A stretch of 64,000 nucleotides of DNA from an uncultured Candidatus Peribacteria bacterium (GCA_964488165.1 CAZATU010000002.1:137334-201333), one strand, 5' to 3'. Shown: positions 44,509-54,068, counted from the first letter of the stretch. Numbers and translations: made by a program. The notes: generated from the letters alone by a model not told the origin.

Positions 44509-46752
44509 GTGGAGAGAACGAGCGACGACACAATTTTGGCCCCTCTGAATCCGCCCCAGCGCGAAGCTGCGACGAAAACCAGCGGACCTTTGCTGATCCT
44601 TGCGGGTGCCGGCTCGGGCAAGACACGCGCGCTTACCCATCGCATCGCGCATTTGCTCTCGCAGGGCGTGCAGCCGTGGCAGATCCTCGCGGTCACCTTT
44701 ACGAACAAGGCGGCAACGGAGATGAAAGAGCGTGTGCGCCACCTGCTGCAGATCTTGGACCCGGCCGATCAGGATTTGGAATTCGCCAGTCGTTCGTCAC
44801 GCTTGCCGGTCATGGGCACGTTCCACTCGATTTGCGTGCGCATCCTGCGGCGCGACGTGGAGAAGATCGGCCGCGAACGATCGTTTGTCATCTACGACAG
44901 CGACGACCAAGAGCGGCTCATCAAAAGCATGCTCAAGGAGCTGCATATCGACGAATCGGTGGTCAAAGCCCGCCCGGCGCTCAGCGCCATCAGCCGGTTC
45001 AAGTCCGAAGCGCTCAGCCCGCAGGAAGCCATGAAGCAAGCGACGAGCGACCGCATGCAGGCCATTGCCCGCGCCTATGCGTCCTACGACCGCGAGCTGA
45101 AGCGCGCCAATGCCATGGATTTTGATGATCTCATTCTCGAAACCGTGCATCTCTTCCACGAATGTCCGGACGTGCTCGATCGCTACCAGGAAACCTGGCG
45201 CTACCTGCACGTCGATGAGTATCAGGATACCAACCACACGCAGTATCTCTTCATCACCATGCTCGCGCAGAAGTATCGCAACCTCTGTGTGATCGGCGAC
45301 CCCGACCAATCGATCTACGGGTTCCGCGGCGCGGACATCCGCAACATCCTGGAATTCGAGAAGGAATACAAAGACGCCGGGCATATCAAGCTCGAGCAGA
45401 ATTACCGCTCCACGCAACCGATCCTCACGGCTGCCGACGTCGTGATCTCCGCGAACCCCAACCGCCCGGAGAAGCAGATGTGGACGGACCGCAAGGACGG
45501 CGCGAAGGTACTCGTGCACGAAGTGGCCGACGAGCGCGCCGAAGCCGACGAGATCGTACGCTCTGTGGAGCGCCACCGCTCCGAAGGCATGCCACTCAGC
45601 AGCCAGGTGGTGCTCTACCGCACGCACGCGCAATCGCGCACCATCGAGGAATCCTGCATGCGCCGCGGCGTCCCCTACCGCATCCTCGGCGGCACCAAGT
45701 TCTACGGCCGTCGCGAAGTGAAAGACGTCCTCGCCTACCTCCACGCATTGCTCAACGTCGACGACACGGTATCGCTCCTGCGCATCATCAACGTACCGGC
45801 GCGCAAGATCGGCGATAAGACGCTCGAACGCCTCCAGGGCTTCGCCGCCATGAACGGGCTCACCGTCTGGGGGGCGCTCCAGCGGGTCAACGAAGTCCCC
45901 GAGCTCGACAGCGGCACCATCGGCCGCATCACGAAATTCGTCGGCATCATCGAACGCGCCCAGGAGCTCGCCAAGGTGCAGCCAGTGAGCGATGTTGCGG
46001 CGCACGTCATCGAGGCCGCGGGCATCGAGGCGTGGCTGCGCGACGGCACCGAAGAGGGCGAGGAACGCTGGCAGAACGTGCTCGAACTGCAATCGGTGAC
46101 GCGGAAGTACGACCGCCTGGAGCCCTTCCTGTCGCTCGTGAGCTTCCTCGAAGAAGTGAGCCTCGTGGCCGAAACCGACAAGCTCGGCAACGGCACGGGC
46201 GACGCCCTCACGCTCATGACCGTGCACCTCTGTAAGGGCCTCGAATACGAGCACGTTGCGGTGTCGGGCTGCGAGGAAGGTATCTTCCCCCACGCCAACA
46301 GCCTCTACGACCGCGAGCAGCTCGAAGAAGAGCGGCGCCTCATGTACGTGGCGATGACCCGCGCCAAATCGCACCTAACGCTCCTGCTGACGCGCAACCG
46401 CATGCTGTGGGGCGAGCGGCGCCAGAACAGCCCAAGCCGTTTCCTCGAAAATCTACCCGAAGCGGTCACCGAGCGACGCAGCGATGACGTGCTCAGCGCC
46501 TTTGCATGGGCGAGCAAACGCGGCGCGGAGAAGATCGGCCCTGCCGCCACTCGCTGGAACGAGTTCGACCAAACACCTTCCCACGAAGCGGAAGGCAGCC
46601 AGATCGACGTGGACGAAGGCGCGCGCGTCGAGCATCCGTCCTTCGGCGCGGGCACGGTGCTCTCGCGGCGTGGCGACGTGGTGGACATCCGCTTCGACGC
46701 GGGTCAGAAGAAGACCTTCGCCCTCTCCATCGCCCCGCTCAAAGCGCTCTAA
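44509..46752 (+). CDS. pcrA: ATP-dependent DNA helicase PcrA/UvrD (SF1)
   Basis: LNPPQREAA, AGAGSGKTRALTHRIAHLL, VDEYQDTN, GDPDQSIYGFRGA, LEQNYRS, VLYRTHAQSR, MTVHLCKGLEYEHV, LMYVAMTRAK. GTG start. Confidence 0.92.
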   Translation: MERTSDDTILAPLNPPQREAATKTSGPLLILAGAGSGKTRALTHRIAHLLSQGVQPWQILAVTFTNKAATEMKERVRHLLQILDPADQDLEFASRSSRLPVMGTFHSICVRILRRDVEKIGRERSFVIYDSDDQERLIKSMLKELHIDESVVKARPALSAISRFKSEALSPQEAMKQATSDRMQAIARAYASYDRELKRANAMDFDDLILETVHLFHECPDVLDRYQETWRYLHVDEYQDTNHTQYLFITMLAQKYRNLCVIGDPDQSIYGFRGADIRNILEFEKEYKDAGHIKLEQNYRSTQPILTAADVVISANPNRPEKQMWTDRKDGAKVLVHEVADERAEADEIVRSVERHRSEGMPLSSQVVLYRTHAQSRTIEESCMRRGVPYRILGGTKFYGRREVKDVLAYLHALLNVDDTVSLLRIINVPARKIGDKTLERLQGFAAMNGLTVWGALQRVNEVPELDSGTIGRITKFVGIIERAQELAKVQPVSDVAAHVIEAAGIEAWLRDGTEEGEERWQNVLELQSVTRKYDRLEPFLSLVSFLEEVSLVAETDKLGNGTGDALTLMTVHLCKGLEYEHVAVSGCEEGIFPHANSLYDREQLEEERRLMYVAMTRAKSHLTLLLTRNRMLWGERRQNSPSRFLENLPEAVTERRSDDVLSAFAWASKRGAEKIGPAATRWNEFDQTPSHEAEGSQIDVDEGARVEHPSFGAGTVLSRRGDVVDIRFDAGQKKTFALSIAPLKAL

Positions 46753-47936
46753 CGCTTGAGCGACGTGCCGCGCACGACGGGCTGATCGAACGGCACCCAG
46801 GTGAAATCGTACTCGCCATCGGTCCAGCCAACTGCCCCGGCATCGAGCGGCGTACCGGGATCATTGATGGTGAAGCGCAGGAAAGCGTCTCCCGCTCCGG
46901 ACACAGCGACGTCGCCATAGAGGCGCAACGTCATGGGAGCCGTGCCAAGCGAACCGACGAAATCGGGAATCGAAGAGCATACGACTTCCCCGGAAACCAC
47001 ATCGCACGGCGTGCCGTCGGGTGTGCCTTCGGGGCGAAGCTCCACGTTGCTCACAGTCACTCCTCCGGAGGATTCGATCTGGAAGCGCAGATCGGTGAGG
47101 CGCACGCGCGCGCCGGCATCCGAACGCTCCGCAGCGAAGCGGAATTGCGCTAGTTGCTGCCCGGTATTCGCCACGAGTACGCCTTGATTATCACCGACGT
47201 TCGTCACGGACGCGATACGTCCGCGAGCAGTTTGGAAGGCGGGGAAGATTTCACTGGAAGCCTTGGTATACGAGCTGTTGCTCCACGCACCATCACCCTC
47301 AACGAGGATGGAATCCACCCGGACGAGCTCCCCGCTGACTCCGCCAGCATCGTGCTGCTTGAGGCGAAGGCGTGCATAGAGCGATATTTCCTTACGATAT
47401 GGCAATTGGAGCGCGCTCGTCGCAAGCGGCAGACGATAACTGCGATGCGCGGCATCGGTGCCGTCGAGCGTTGCGGCGCCGAGATAGCGCGCGTTCTCAT
47501 CGTAGAGAAGTACCTGGCTCACGCTCGCCATGGCGGCATCGAACATCACCACAACAGCGGTGGCATCAATCGGCTCCTGGTTGGAGAAGATACGCACGCC
47601 GGCAATGGATGATGAAACGCTGCCAAGCAACGCAAGATTTGACCGTACGGCCGTGTCGGACAGGGCATCGTACGTGGGATGCTCGACGCGCGTCGCAGGC
47701 GTCGTGACGGGGCCTGGGCGAGGTTCGACCTGCGGGCTGGGACGTGTGCTCTTGGTCGTGCGCTCCTTGAGGCGACGGGCACGCGCCTGCTCCTGCAATG
47801 CGCGACGCGAAATGCGCGACGCGGAAATCCTGCGCTGCGTCGTCACCGATGATTTTGCCGAAGCGGCAAGCGCTGGAGGGAGCGACGATGTACAAACGAT
47901 ACCGAGCGTGCCGATGGCGAGGAGAGTGGTGCGCAT
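46749..47936 (-). CDS. secreted hypothetical protein
   Basis: Signal peptide MRTTLLAIGTLGIVCTSSLPPALA. Start set at the internal ATG 47936. Confidence 0.6.
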   Translation of the reverse strand: MRTTLLAIGTLGIVCTSSLPPALAASAKSSVTTQRRISASRISRRALQEQARARRLKERTTKSTRPSPQVEPRPGPVTTPATRVEHPTYDALSDTAVRSNLALLGSVSSSIAGVRIFSNQEPIDATAVVVMFDAAMASVSQVLLYDENARYLGAATLDGTDAAHRSYRLPLATSALQLPYRKEISLYARLRLKQHDAGGVSGELVRVDSILVEGDGAWSNSSYTKASSEIFPAFQTARGRIASVTNVGDNQGVLVANTGQQLAQFRFAAERSDAGARVRLTDLRFQIESSGGVTVSNVELRPEGTPDGTPCDVVSGEVVCSSIPDFVGSLGTAPMTLRLYGDVAVSGAGDAFLRFTINDPGTPLDAGAVGWTDGEYDFTWVPFDQPVVRGTSLKR

Positions 47937-48001
47937 GAGTGGCGAGTATACCGGGCGCGAAGTGGGCCCGCAGCAGCGATGACGGAAAATCGCCGACATT
48001 C

Positions 48002-48721
48002 TTACACGCCGCCGAGCACGCTGTGCTTCGCGCACTCCTGCGCCAGGACTTCCATGGAATCGACGACCGGCAAGGCAATCCGCATATGTGCGGCTTCCAG
48101 CATGCCGGAGATGTCGGTGCAGCAGAGCGCAATGGTTTCAGCACCTTGCGCCGTCACGCTGTGCACTGCGGCTTCGCACGCCTCGCGGTCGTCATCGGTC
48201 ATCACGCCGGAACGCACGTAGCGAGCGATGGCGCTGTTGAGCGTTTCTTGCAGGGGGGCAGCGGGCTGTACGACGGCGATGCCGGCGGCGGCGAACCGTT
48301 CTTGATAGAACCCGGCCTTGACCGTCATGCCCGATGCCAGGAAGCCGACGGTAGAAACACCCGTCGTCGCCAGGCGCTGCGCCGTGACGTCGGCGATATG
48401 CAACAGCCTCACGCCGGCGGGCACGGCGAATTCGTCCGCAAGCGTATGGACGCTGTTACAGGGAAAGGCCAGCCACCGCACGCCCAGTGCACCCAAACGC
48501 CGCATGCCTTCATTGGCCAGCACGACGAGCCTGCGGGTGGCGCCGATATCCCCGGCGATACAGAGCGCCGCGTCGCTCATGGAAATGGGCATGCTTTCCA
48601 TGGCAAACGACGGCGCATGCTCCGTATCGCGCTGCTGCGCATGCTCGACGAGCTTGCGACAGAACACGGCGCTGGTGAGGGGGCCGTACCCGCCGATGAT
48701 GCCGACGCGTGGAGTGCTCAT
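48002..48721 (-). CDS. Asp/Glu/hydantoin racemase family protein
   Basis: VGIIGGYGPLTS..., two catalytic Cys contexts (AFPCNSVH, IALCCTDIS). Confidence 0.8.
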   Translation of the reverse strand: MSTPRVGIIGGYGPLTSAVFCRKLVEHAQQRDTEHAPSFAMESMPISMSDAALCIAGDIGATRRLVVLANEGMRRLGALGVRWLAFPCNSVHTLADEFAVPAGVRLLHIADVTAQRLATTGVSTVGFLASGMTVKAGFYQERFAAAGIAVVQPAAPLQETLNSAIARYVRSGVMTDDDREACEAAVHSVTAQGAETIALCCTDISGMLEAAHMRIALPVVDSMEVLAQECAKHSVLGGV

Positions 48722-49593
48722 TCGCAGAGTTTGGTAAGGGCGGCGCGCAGCAGCTCTTTGGCTTCATCGAGCGTTGCTGCGTCGTCGACGGCCTCAAGCA
48801 ATTCCGGAGGCAGCGGATCGGCGGCCAAGCGGCCTTCGTGCAGGACGCCGGGGTCCTGGCGCCCGAGAATTACGAGCGCGGTTTCCTTCCAAGTCTCCAG
48901 CGTGATACGGCGGACACCGGGTTGGATCTTTGCCAATTCTGCATCGATGCCGTTTTTCCGCAATGGAATGCAGATGCGTGATTTTGGCTTCTGCGTGTGG
49001 AGCAAATATGGAACGGCCCACTCGCCGTCGACGTCGCGATCGGCGGGCCCGTACAAGCAATCGATCGCCCACTCCTGGGGCAAGACGGCGTCGAATTGGT
49101 GTTCGCCCATGCGCTCACCCTCGTGCGTGGCCTGCCAGCCGTATTTCAAGCGACGACTGTACCCGTTGCGCAACAGCGTCGTACCCACGACCTCGGTCTG
49201 CCACAGCTTGTACTGGCCGTGCTGCTCGAACGACAGCAGATCCGCAAGTCCTGCAGACACGATGTCCTCCTGCACGCGTTCGCGGACGTCCTCGGGCAAA
49301 TCCTGCTCGGTCCACACCTGCATGCCGGGGATGAGCCTTGCGGCCAACTCTTTCATGCGGCTGATCCGGCGATTGATCACCGCGGGAGCCGTCCGCTCGC
49401 GCTGGTTGCCGATGAAGAACACGCCTTCGGCGCCATGCGCACGGCGCACGTGATCGGTGGCCAGCATGTACCTGGCGGTACCGAACGGGATCTTCTCGGC
49501 ATCATGGACGCCGTCTTTGCCTGTGGACGTGCCGGCCATCATGCCAACGGCGGGATGTTCTTCGGTGATGGATGCTTCTTCGATGGAACGCAT
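48718..49593 (-). CDS. hypothetical protein, first gene of the attenuator-controlled operon
   Basis: 291 aa with normal composition. Its stop overlaps the racemase start as ATGA (48721-48718). No family recognised. Confidence 0.65.
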   Translation of the reverse strand: MRSIEEASITEEHPAVGMMAGTSTGKDGVHDAEKIPFGTARYMLATDHVRRAHGAEGVFFIGNQRERTAPAVINRRISRMKELAARLIPGMQVWTEQDLPEDVRERVQEDIVSAGLADLLSFEQHGQYKLWQTEVVGTTLLRNGYSRRLKYGWQATHEGERMGEHQFDAVLPQEWAIDCLYGPADRDVDGEWAVPYLLHTQKPKSRICIPLRKNGIDAELAKIQPGVRRITLETWKETALVILGRQDPGVLHEGRLAADPLPPELLEAVDDAATLDEAKELLRAALTKLCE

Positions 49594-49613
49594 GGATAGG
49601 GGGAGTAGGAAAC

Positions 49614-49646
49614 AAAAAAAGAACCTTCCTCGTTGCGGGGGGAAGG
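49614..49646 (-). terminator. attenuator terminator (segments 3:4)
   Basis: Minus strand CCUUCC-CCCCGCAACGA-GGAAGG-UUC-U7, ending 20 nt before the ATG at 49593. Confidence 0.65.
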
Positions 49647-49674
49647 CGTCGTACGTGCGGTCTCTAGAAGATGA

Positions 49675-49752
49675 TCAAGCGCGCGCGGACTCCTTCCCCT
49701 CCATAAAGGAGAAGTAGAAGAAGCCGCTAAAGAATGCTGCGCTGCGCGTCAT
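49675..49752 (-). CDS. Phe-rich leader peptide (25 aa)
   Basis: ATG ACG CGC AGC GCA GCA TTC TTT AGC GGC TTC TTC TAC TTC TCC TTT ATG GAG GGG AAG GAG TCC GCG CGC GCT TGA = MTRSAAFFSGFFYFSFMEGKESARA. Six Phe and one Tyr within 10 residues. Confidence 0.65.
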   Translation of the reverse strand: MTRSAAFFSGFFYFSFMEGKESARA

Positions 49753-49762
49753 GAACGCCGGG

Positions 49763-49790
49763 ATTCTACTGACGGCGGCAACGGTGTCAA
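49763..49790 (-). promoter_or_regulatory. near-consensus promoter of the leader peptide/attenuator
   Basis: Minus strand TTGACA(49790-85)-16 nt-TAGAAT(49768-63). The ATG lies 10 nt after the -10 element (near-leaderless). Confidence 0.7.
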
Positions 49791-49838
49791 GCGCGGGCAA
49801 CCTTCCCCAAACGCCGCTTCCATGCAACCCTGCGCGCG

Positions 49839-50642
49839 ATGACACTGCGCGAAACCGTCACCGGCTTCTGCAAGAAGCACCGCATCGGCATGGATACCAA
49901 CGCCGGGCAGCACTTCCTGATCGACGAGGACGTCCTGCGCGACATCATTGCGGCATCAGGCCTGCGGCCAGACGACCATGTGCTCGAAGTGGGCGCGGGC
50001 CTCGGCATCCTCACCAAAGAGCTCGTGGCCCACGCCGGGCGCGTGACGACGATCGAGCAGGACCGCCGCTGGCTCGACCCGCTCAATGCGTATCTCAACA
50101 CGCCCGCGATTCCCAAGGGCAAGCTCGCGATTCTCAACGCGAACGCGCTCGACGTGCCGCCGCCGAGCGAGCCGTACATCGTGATCGCCAACATCCCCTA
50201 CCACATTACCGCGCCGCTCTTGCGGCAGCTCTTCTTGGAAAGCACGAGCCGACCGCGTTCTGCCACGCTGCTGGTGCAAAAAGAAGTGGCCGAGAAGCTC
50301 GCCGAAACGCCGCCGTCGACATTCCTCGGCGTCCTCGTCGCACTTGCAGGAACAACGCGGATCGTCCGCATCGTGCCTCCCGCAAGCTTCCTGCCGCCGC
50401 CCAAAGTGGAATCGGCGGTGATCCGCATCGACGCTCACGAGCCCGCGCTCGTCACGACCAGCGAAGCCAAAGCGATCCTGGGCTTCGCGTCGGCGGCATT
50501 CGCGGGCAAACGCAAGATGCTGCGCGGGACGATCGGCAAGCTCCAGGGCGGTATGGAACGCCTGGAAGCCGCAGGCATCGACCCGGAACGTCGTCCGCAA
50601 ACACTCACCATTGCCGAGTGGATTGCCCTGGTACGAGCCTGA
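49839..50642 (+). CDS. rsmA: 16S rRNA (adenine1518/1519-N6)-dimethyltransferase
   Basis: GQHFLID, VLEVGAGLGILT, IVIANIPYHITAP. Confidence 0.9.
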   Translation: MTLRETVTGFCKKHRIGMDTNAGQHFLIDEDVLRDIIAASGLRPDDHVLEVGAGLGILTKELVAHAGRVTTIEQDRRWLDPLNAYLNTPAIPKGKLAILNANALDVPPPSEPYIVIANIPYHITAPLLRQLFLESTSRPRSATLLVQKEVAEKLAETPPSTFLGVLVALAGTTRIVRIVPPASFLPPPKVESAVIRIDAHEPALVTTSEAKAILGFASAAFAGKRKMLRGTIGKLQGGMERLEAAGIDPERRPQTLTIAEWIALVRA

Positions 50643-50657
50643 AACGACGCTGAGGAC

Positions 50658-52160
50658 ATGCACGCCTACCGCTGGGGCATCGCGTTTTGTGCTGCCTGCA
50701 TCGCCACCATCGCGCTCGTCACCGTGATGCATTGGGAAGCAACGCATGCCGCGATCGCGGCGGCGGGGGCCGCCGGCGTCATCGCAGTGACGCGGCGCAC
50801 GCGGTGGACGCTCATCCTCGGGGCATGTTGCGGCGCGTGCGCGGCGATCGCGGCGTTGCACCTGGAACGCTGGCCCGCCTCCTCCCCGCTGCTGCCTCCG
50901 TTCGGCACCGTGCAGGTGCTCGGCGTCATTACGGAGCCTTCCGTTCCGCGAGGCTGGTACCGCAGCTACGTCATCGCAGCGGACACGCTGATCGACCGCG
51001 GCGTGAGCGTGCCCTGGCACGGCGTTGTTGCGCTACGCGAACAGTCGCTCCAACCCGCGATCGCCCAAGGGTCGCGGGTGGCCGTCCGTCTCCACGCCCT
51101 GCCGCCGCAATGCTGGATGGGGTCGCCGGGGGACCCCGCGTCCGCCGACGGCGAGATCATCAATGCCGCGAAAGGCGCAGGATTTGCAGCAGTGCTGGGA
51201 AGAGCACGTTTGGCCGTAGAGAGCCGCATTCAACGACTGCTACCCGAACCGCACGCGGGGTTGCTCACGGGGCTGCTTACCGGCGGGCAAGGGCGGTTGC
51301 CGGAGGCAACGCGTCTTGATTTTTCCAGCACGGGGCTTTCGCACATCACGGCGGTCTCGGGAACCAACATCACACTCCTGCTTATTCTGATCCAGCAGAT
51401 CCTCTGGTGGGCACCTCGCGGTGTACGCCTGGCGCTCGCGCTCGGCGCCGTGCTGTGTTTCAGCGTGTTCGTCGGTGGCTCGGCGTCGGTGGTGCGCGCG
51501 ACCATCATGGGGTGCATCGGCCTGCTCGCGCTGCACAGCGGGCGAATGGTGCACGCGCGTGCGGCACTGCTGTGGACGCTGACACTGATGATCCTCTGGG
51601 ACCCGTCAGCCCTGCGCGACGACCTGGGATTGCAGCTCTCCTTCCTGGCAACCCTCGGCCTCATGGAATCGGGGCCGATGCTCTCCCCACTTACCAAGAA
51701 GCTCCCCGAAGCCCTCGGCATCCAAGAAGCGGTCCACGCGACGCTCGCGGCGCAGCTCTGGGCCTCGCCCTGGTCGGCAAACGTGTTCGGCATGCTGCCA
51801 GCCATCGGAACACTCGCCAACATCCTCGTGGCTCCGCTGGTGCCGCTCGCCATGCTCTTCGGGGCGCTCAGCGTGCCAATCAGCCTCGTCAACATGACCG
51901 CGGGGCGCATCGCCGCCTACGTCGCATGGCTGCCGCTGGAAGGCATTCTGCAAAGCGCGTCGCAGCTCGCCAATGCGCCGGGGGCAACACTCGCCTGGCA
52001 GCCGGAAGTGACACTGCTGCTCCTGTGGTACGCGCTGCTCGCCGCCCTTTCCCTGCGACGGACGGTCACCAGCGATAGAGCAGCACCGTCTTCTGGCGCT
52101 TGCCCGGCACCTTCCACTCCCGCTCCGGCTTGCGCCCGGGGAACCGGAACGCATGGCTGA
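50658..52160 (+). CDS. comEC: ComEC/Rec2 competence channel protein (no C-terminal beta-lactamase domain)
   Basis: FSSTGLSHITAVSGTNITLLL, GGSASVVRATIMG. The C-terminal ~30 aa overlap the convergent gene and may be read-through. Confidence 0.8.
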   Translation: MHAYRWGIAFCAACIATIALVTVMHWEATHAAIAAAGAAGVIAVTRRTRWTLILGACCGACAAIAALHLERWPASSPLLPPFGTVQVLGVITEPSVPRGWYRSYVIAADTLIDRGVSVPWHGVVALREQSLQPAIAQGSRVAVRLHALPPQCWMGSPGDPASADGEIINAAKGAGFAAVLGRARLAVESRIQRLLPEPHAGLLTGLLTGGQGRLPEATRLDFSSTGLSHITAVSGTNITLLLILIQQILWWAPRGVRLALALGAVLCFSVFVGGSASVVRATIMGCIGLLALHSGRMVHARAALLWTLTLMILWDPSALRDDLGLQLSFLATLGLMESGPMLSPLTKKLPEALGIQEAVHATLAAQLWASPWSANVFGMLPAIGTLANILVAPLVPLAMLFGALSVPISLVNMTAGRIAAYVAWLPLEGILQSASQLANAPGATLAWQPEVTLLLLWYALLAALSLRRTVTSDRAAPSSGACPAPSTPAPACARGTGTHG

Positions 52161-52596
52161 CGACGCGGGTTCCGGGGCGCAGCTCGCGATCCATCTTCTC
52201 TTCCAGCGGCCTCATGACCAACGGCATCATGTAGAGAAACACGACATCCGCATCGCGCAGATCCTCGCTGCGCAGGTTCTTGCAGCGCAGATCGGCCCGC
52301 TTGCCCGCCCACCACAGCCGAAACTTCCCCAGGAGCCAGATGGTCGGGATGCACTCGCTCCCCTTCGCGCGCACCTGCGGACACGCATCAAGCGCGGCGA
52401 TGAGCAAACGCGCGTCACCCGCGCCCAGGTCGTACACGGTTTCCCCGGGCCGGAGTTCGGCGGCGGCGATCATCGCCTGCACGACGGGGTACGGCGTGGG
52501 AATGTAGGGAACCACGATGAACAAATGGGCGATGATCGTGATGGCCAACACGAGCGTCAGCACCATCAGGGCCAAAATCACAAGATCGATCCACAC
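52066..52596 (-). CDS. membrane-anchored class I SAM-dependent methyltransferase
   Basis: N-terminal TM, then VYDLGAGDARLLIAA (motif I) and ADVVFLYM. Confidence 0.7.
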   Translation of the reverse strand: MWIDLVILALMVLTLVLAITIIAHLFIVVPYIPTPYPVVQAMIAAAELRPGETVYDLGAGDARLLIAALDACPQVRAKGSECIPTIWLLGKFRLWWAGKRADLRCKNLRSEDLRDADVVFLYMMPLVMRPLEEKMDRELRPGTRVVSHAFRFPGRKPEREWKVPGKRQKTVLLYRW

Positions 52597-52651
52597 GCGC
52601 GTATCGTAGCGGCCTCTCGCGCCGACGGAAACAATTGCCTAGACTCCCATC

Positions 52652-53572
52652 GTGGACACATTCGAGCGAACATTGCGGCACTACGCGTATCGCATGCAGG
52701 CGCCGTTGCTCACCAGCCCGACGCAAGAACTGTTCCCGCCTGCGCGCCTGACGCACATCGGCGGCGGCGTCTTCCAGCGCGTCTATCGGCTGCGCGATAC
52801 GCCGTGGGTCATCAAGGAGGCCCGCTGGGACCCCGCGCTCCCCGTGGGAACGATGGAAGTGCCGCTCCCGGGAGAGTCGCTCCACCAGCTGCTCTCGGTG
52901 TTTTCGACGGGGTTTTTGCCAACGCAAGAAGAAACGTTGCGGCAGTACGGGGAATACCTCGAATTCTCCCGGTACTTCGGCTGGAACGCCGAGACGGAAG
53001 AGCCGGACACCGCTCCGGATTTCGCCGCCATCCGCAGCGATCAGATCGCCATCCGGGAACGGCTGCTGACGCGCTTTGCGGACCTCGAACGCGAGTACGG
53101 TGCGCGGTTGCCCGCAAGTCTGCAAACCATCCTGGAGGGAGAGAGCGCGGCGCACAATTTCCTGCCGCGAGAATACCTGCTGTGGGGCGCGGCGATCGCG
53201 CCGGAAAACGGCGGCAAAGAAACCGCGTTTATCGTGCAGGAATTCGCGGAGGGAAAAACCCTGCACGACATGAAAGAGCACGAACTGTTCCAGTCGCCGT
53301 GGCGCGAACAAATGACGCTCTTGTGCTACCTCATTCTCCTGATGCAATTCGAGAAAGGCGTCTTGCCGGACACGCGCCCCCGGCAGCCCCTCTGGCAAAG
53401 CTACGACTGGCTCCTCAAAACCGACAACATCATCGCGGGCGGCCGCGGCATCACGTTCATCGACACGCGCTGGCTGTGGCGGCGGGGCGCCAACCCCGTA
53501 CTGCGGGGGTTCGTCATCCCGGAGCTCATGACGCAATCCTGCCTCAGCACCATCGGCACGCTCTGCGATTAA
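52652..53572 (+). CDS. hypothetical protein with protein-kinase-like features
   Basis: GTG start. IGGGVFQRVYRL...WVIKE (Gly-loop plus Lys), IVQEFAEGKTL (hinge-like), TFIDT (DFG-position-like). Weak, motif-level only. Confidence 0.55.
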   Translation: MDTFERTLRHYAYRMQAPLLTSPTQELFPPARLTHIGGGVFQRVYRLRDTPWVIKEARWDPALPVGTMEVPLPGESLHQLLSVFSTGFLPTQEETLRQYGEYLEFSRYFGWNAETEEPDTAPDFAAIRSDQIAIRERLLTRFADLEREYGARLPASLQTILEGESAAHNFLPREYLLWGAAIAPENGGKETAFIVQEFAEGKTLHDMKEHELFQSPWREQMTLLCYLILLMQFEKGVLPDTRPRQPLWQSYDWLLKTDNIIAGGRGITFIDTRWLWRRGANPVLRGFVIPELMTQSCLSTIGTLCD

Positions 53573-54066
53573 CGCATGAGAAGCGTCAGCAGCGCCAAGC
53601 CCGCGGCGGCGCACCCTCCGGCATAGATGTCATCAAGAAAGACCGATCCCGGCGTGCCGCGGCGGTCGACGGCGCGGATGCCGAACGGTTTGAAAATGTC
53701 GAAGAGGCGGAAGAGTACGAACGCGATCGTCAGGTGAACGAACGTCCCCGATGCCCAGAGCCCTCCGGGCGCGGCCGCGACGAGCATCCCTGCCACTTCA
53801 TCGAGCACGATGGATGGATGATCGACGTGCAACCCCGGGCGCGTGACGCGGCGCAAGATCACCGTGCCCGCCAACGCGATGAGCCCCGCAACGCCCCACA
53901 GCAACAACAGTCGCGTGAGCAAGGCATCGGGCAAATGCGCCTGCAGCACAAACACCGCGAGAGCAGCGCACGCACTCCCCCAGGTGCCGGGCGCGGGCAG
54001 CGCCGTACCGACCGGACCGAGCGTGAGAACGTTCCAAATCAGCCGACGGTAGAGGGGGTTGCGCAT
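53569..54066 (-). CDS. pgpA: phosphatidylglycerophosphatase A
   Basis: LGPVGTALPAPGTWGS..., IVLDEVAGM, FRLFDIFKPFGIRAVDR, VFLDDIYAG. Start set at the internal ATG 54066. Confidence 0.8.
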   Translation of the reverse strand: MRNPLYRRLIWNVLTLGPVGTALPAPGTWGSACAALAVFVLQAHLPDALLTRLLLLWGVAGLIALAGTVILRRVTRPGLHVDHPSIVLDEVAGMLVAAAPGGLWASGTFVHLTIAFVLFRLFDIFKPFGIRAVDRRGTPGSVFLDDIYAGGCAAAGLALLTLLMR

Positions 54067-54068
54067 GA

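Noticed and set aside
52066-52160. 95-nt convergent overlap of comEC and the methyltransferase gene
   Set aside because: This is most likely read-through of the comEC frame into GC-rich antisense sequence (the tail is Pro/Ala/Gly-rich). It is not treated as a biological overlap.
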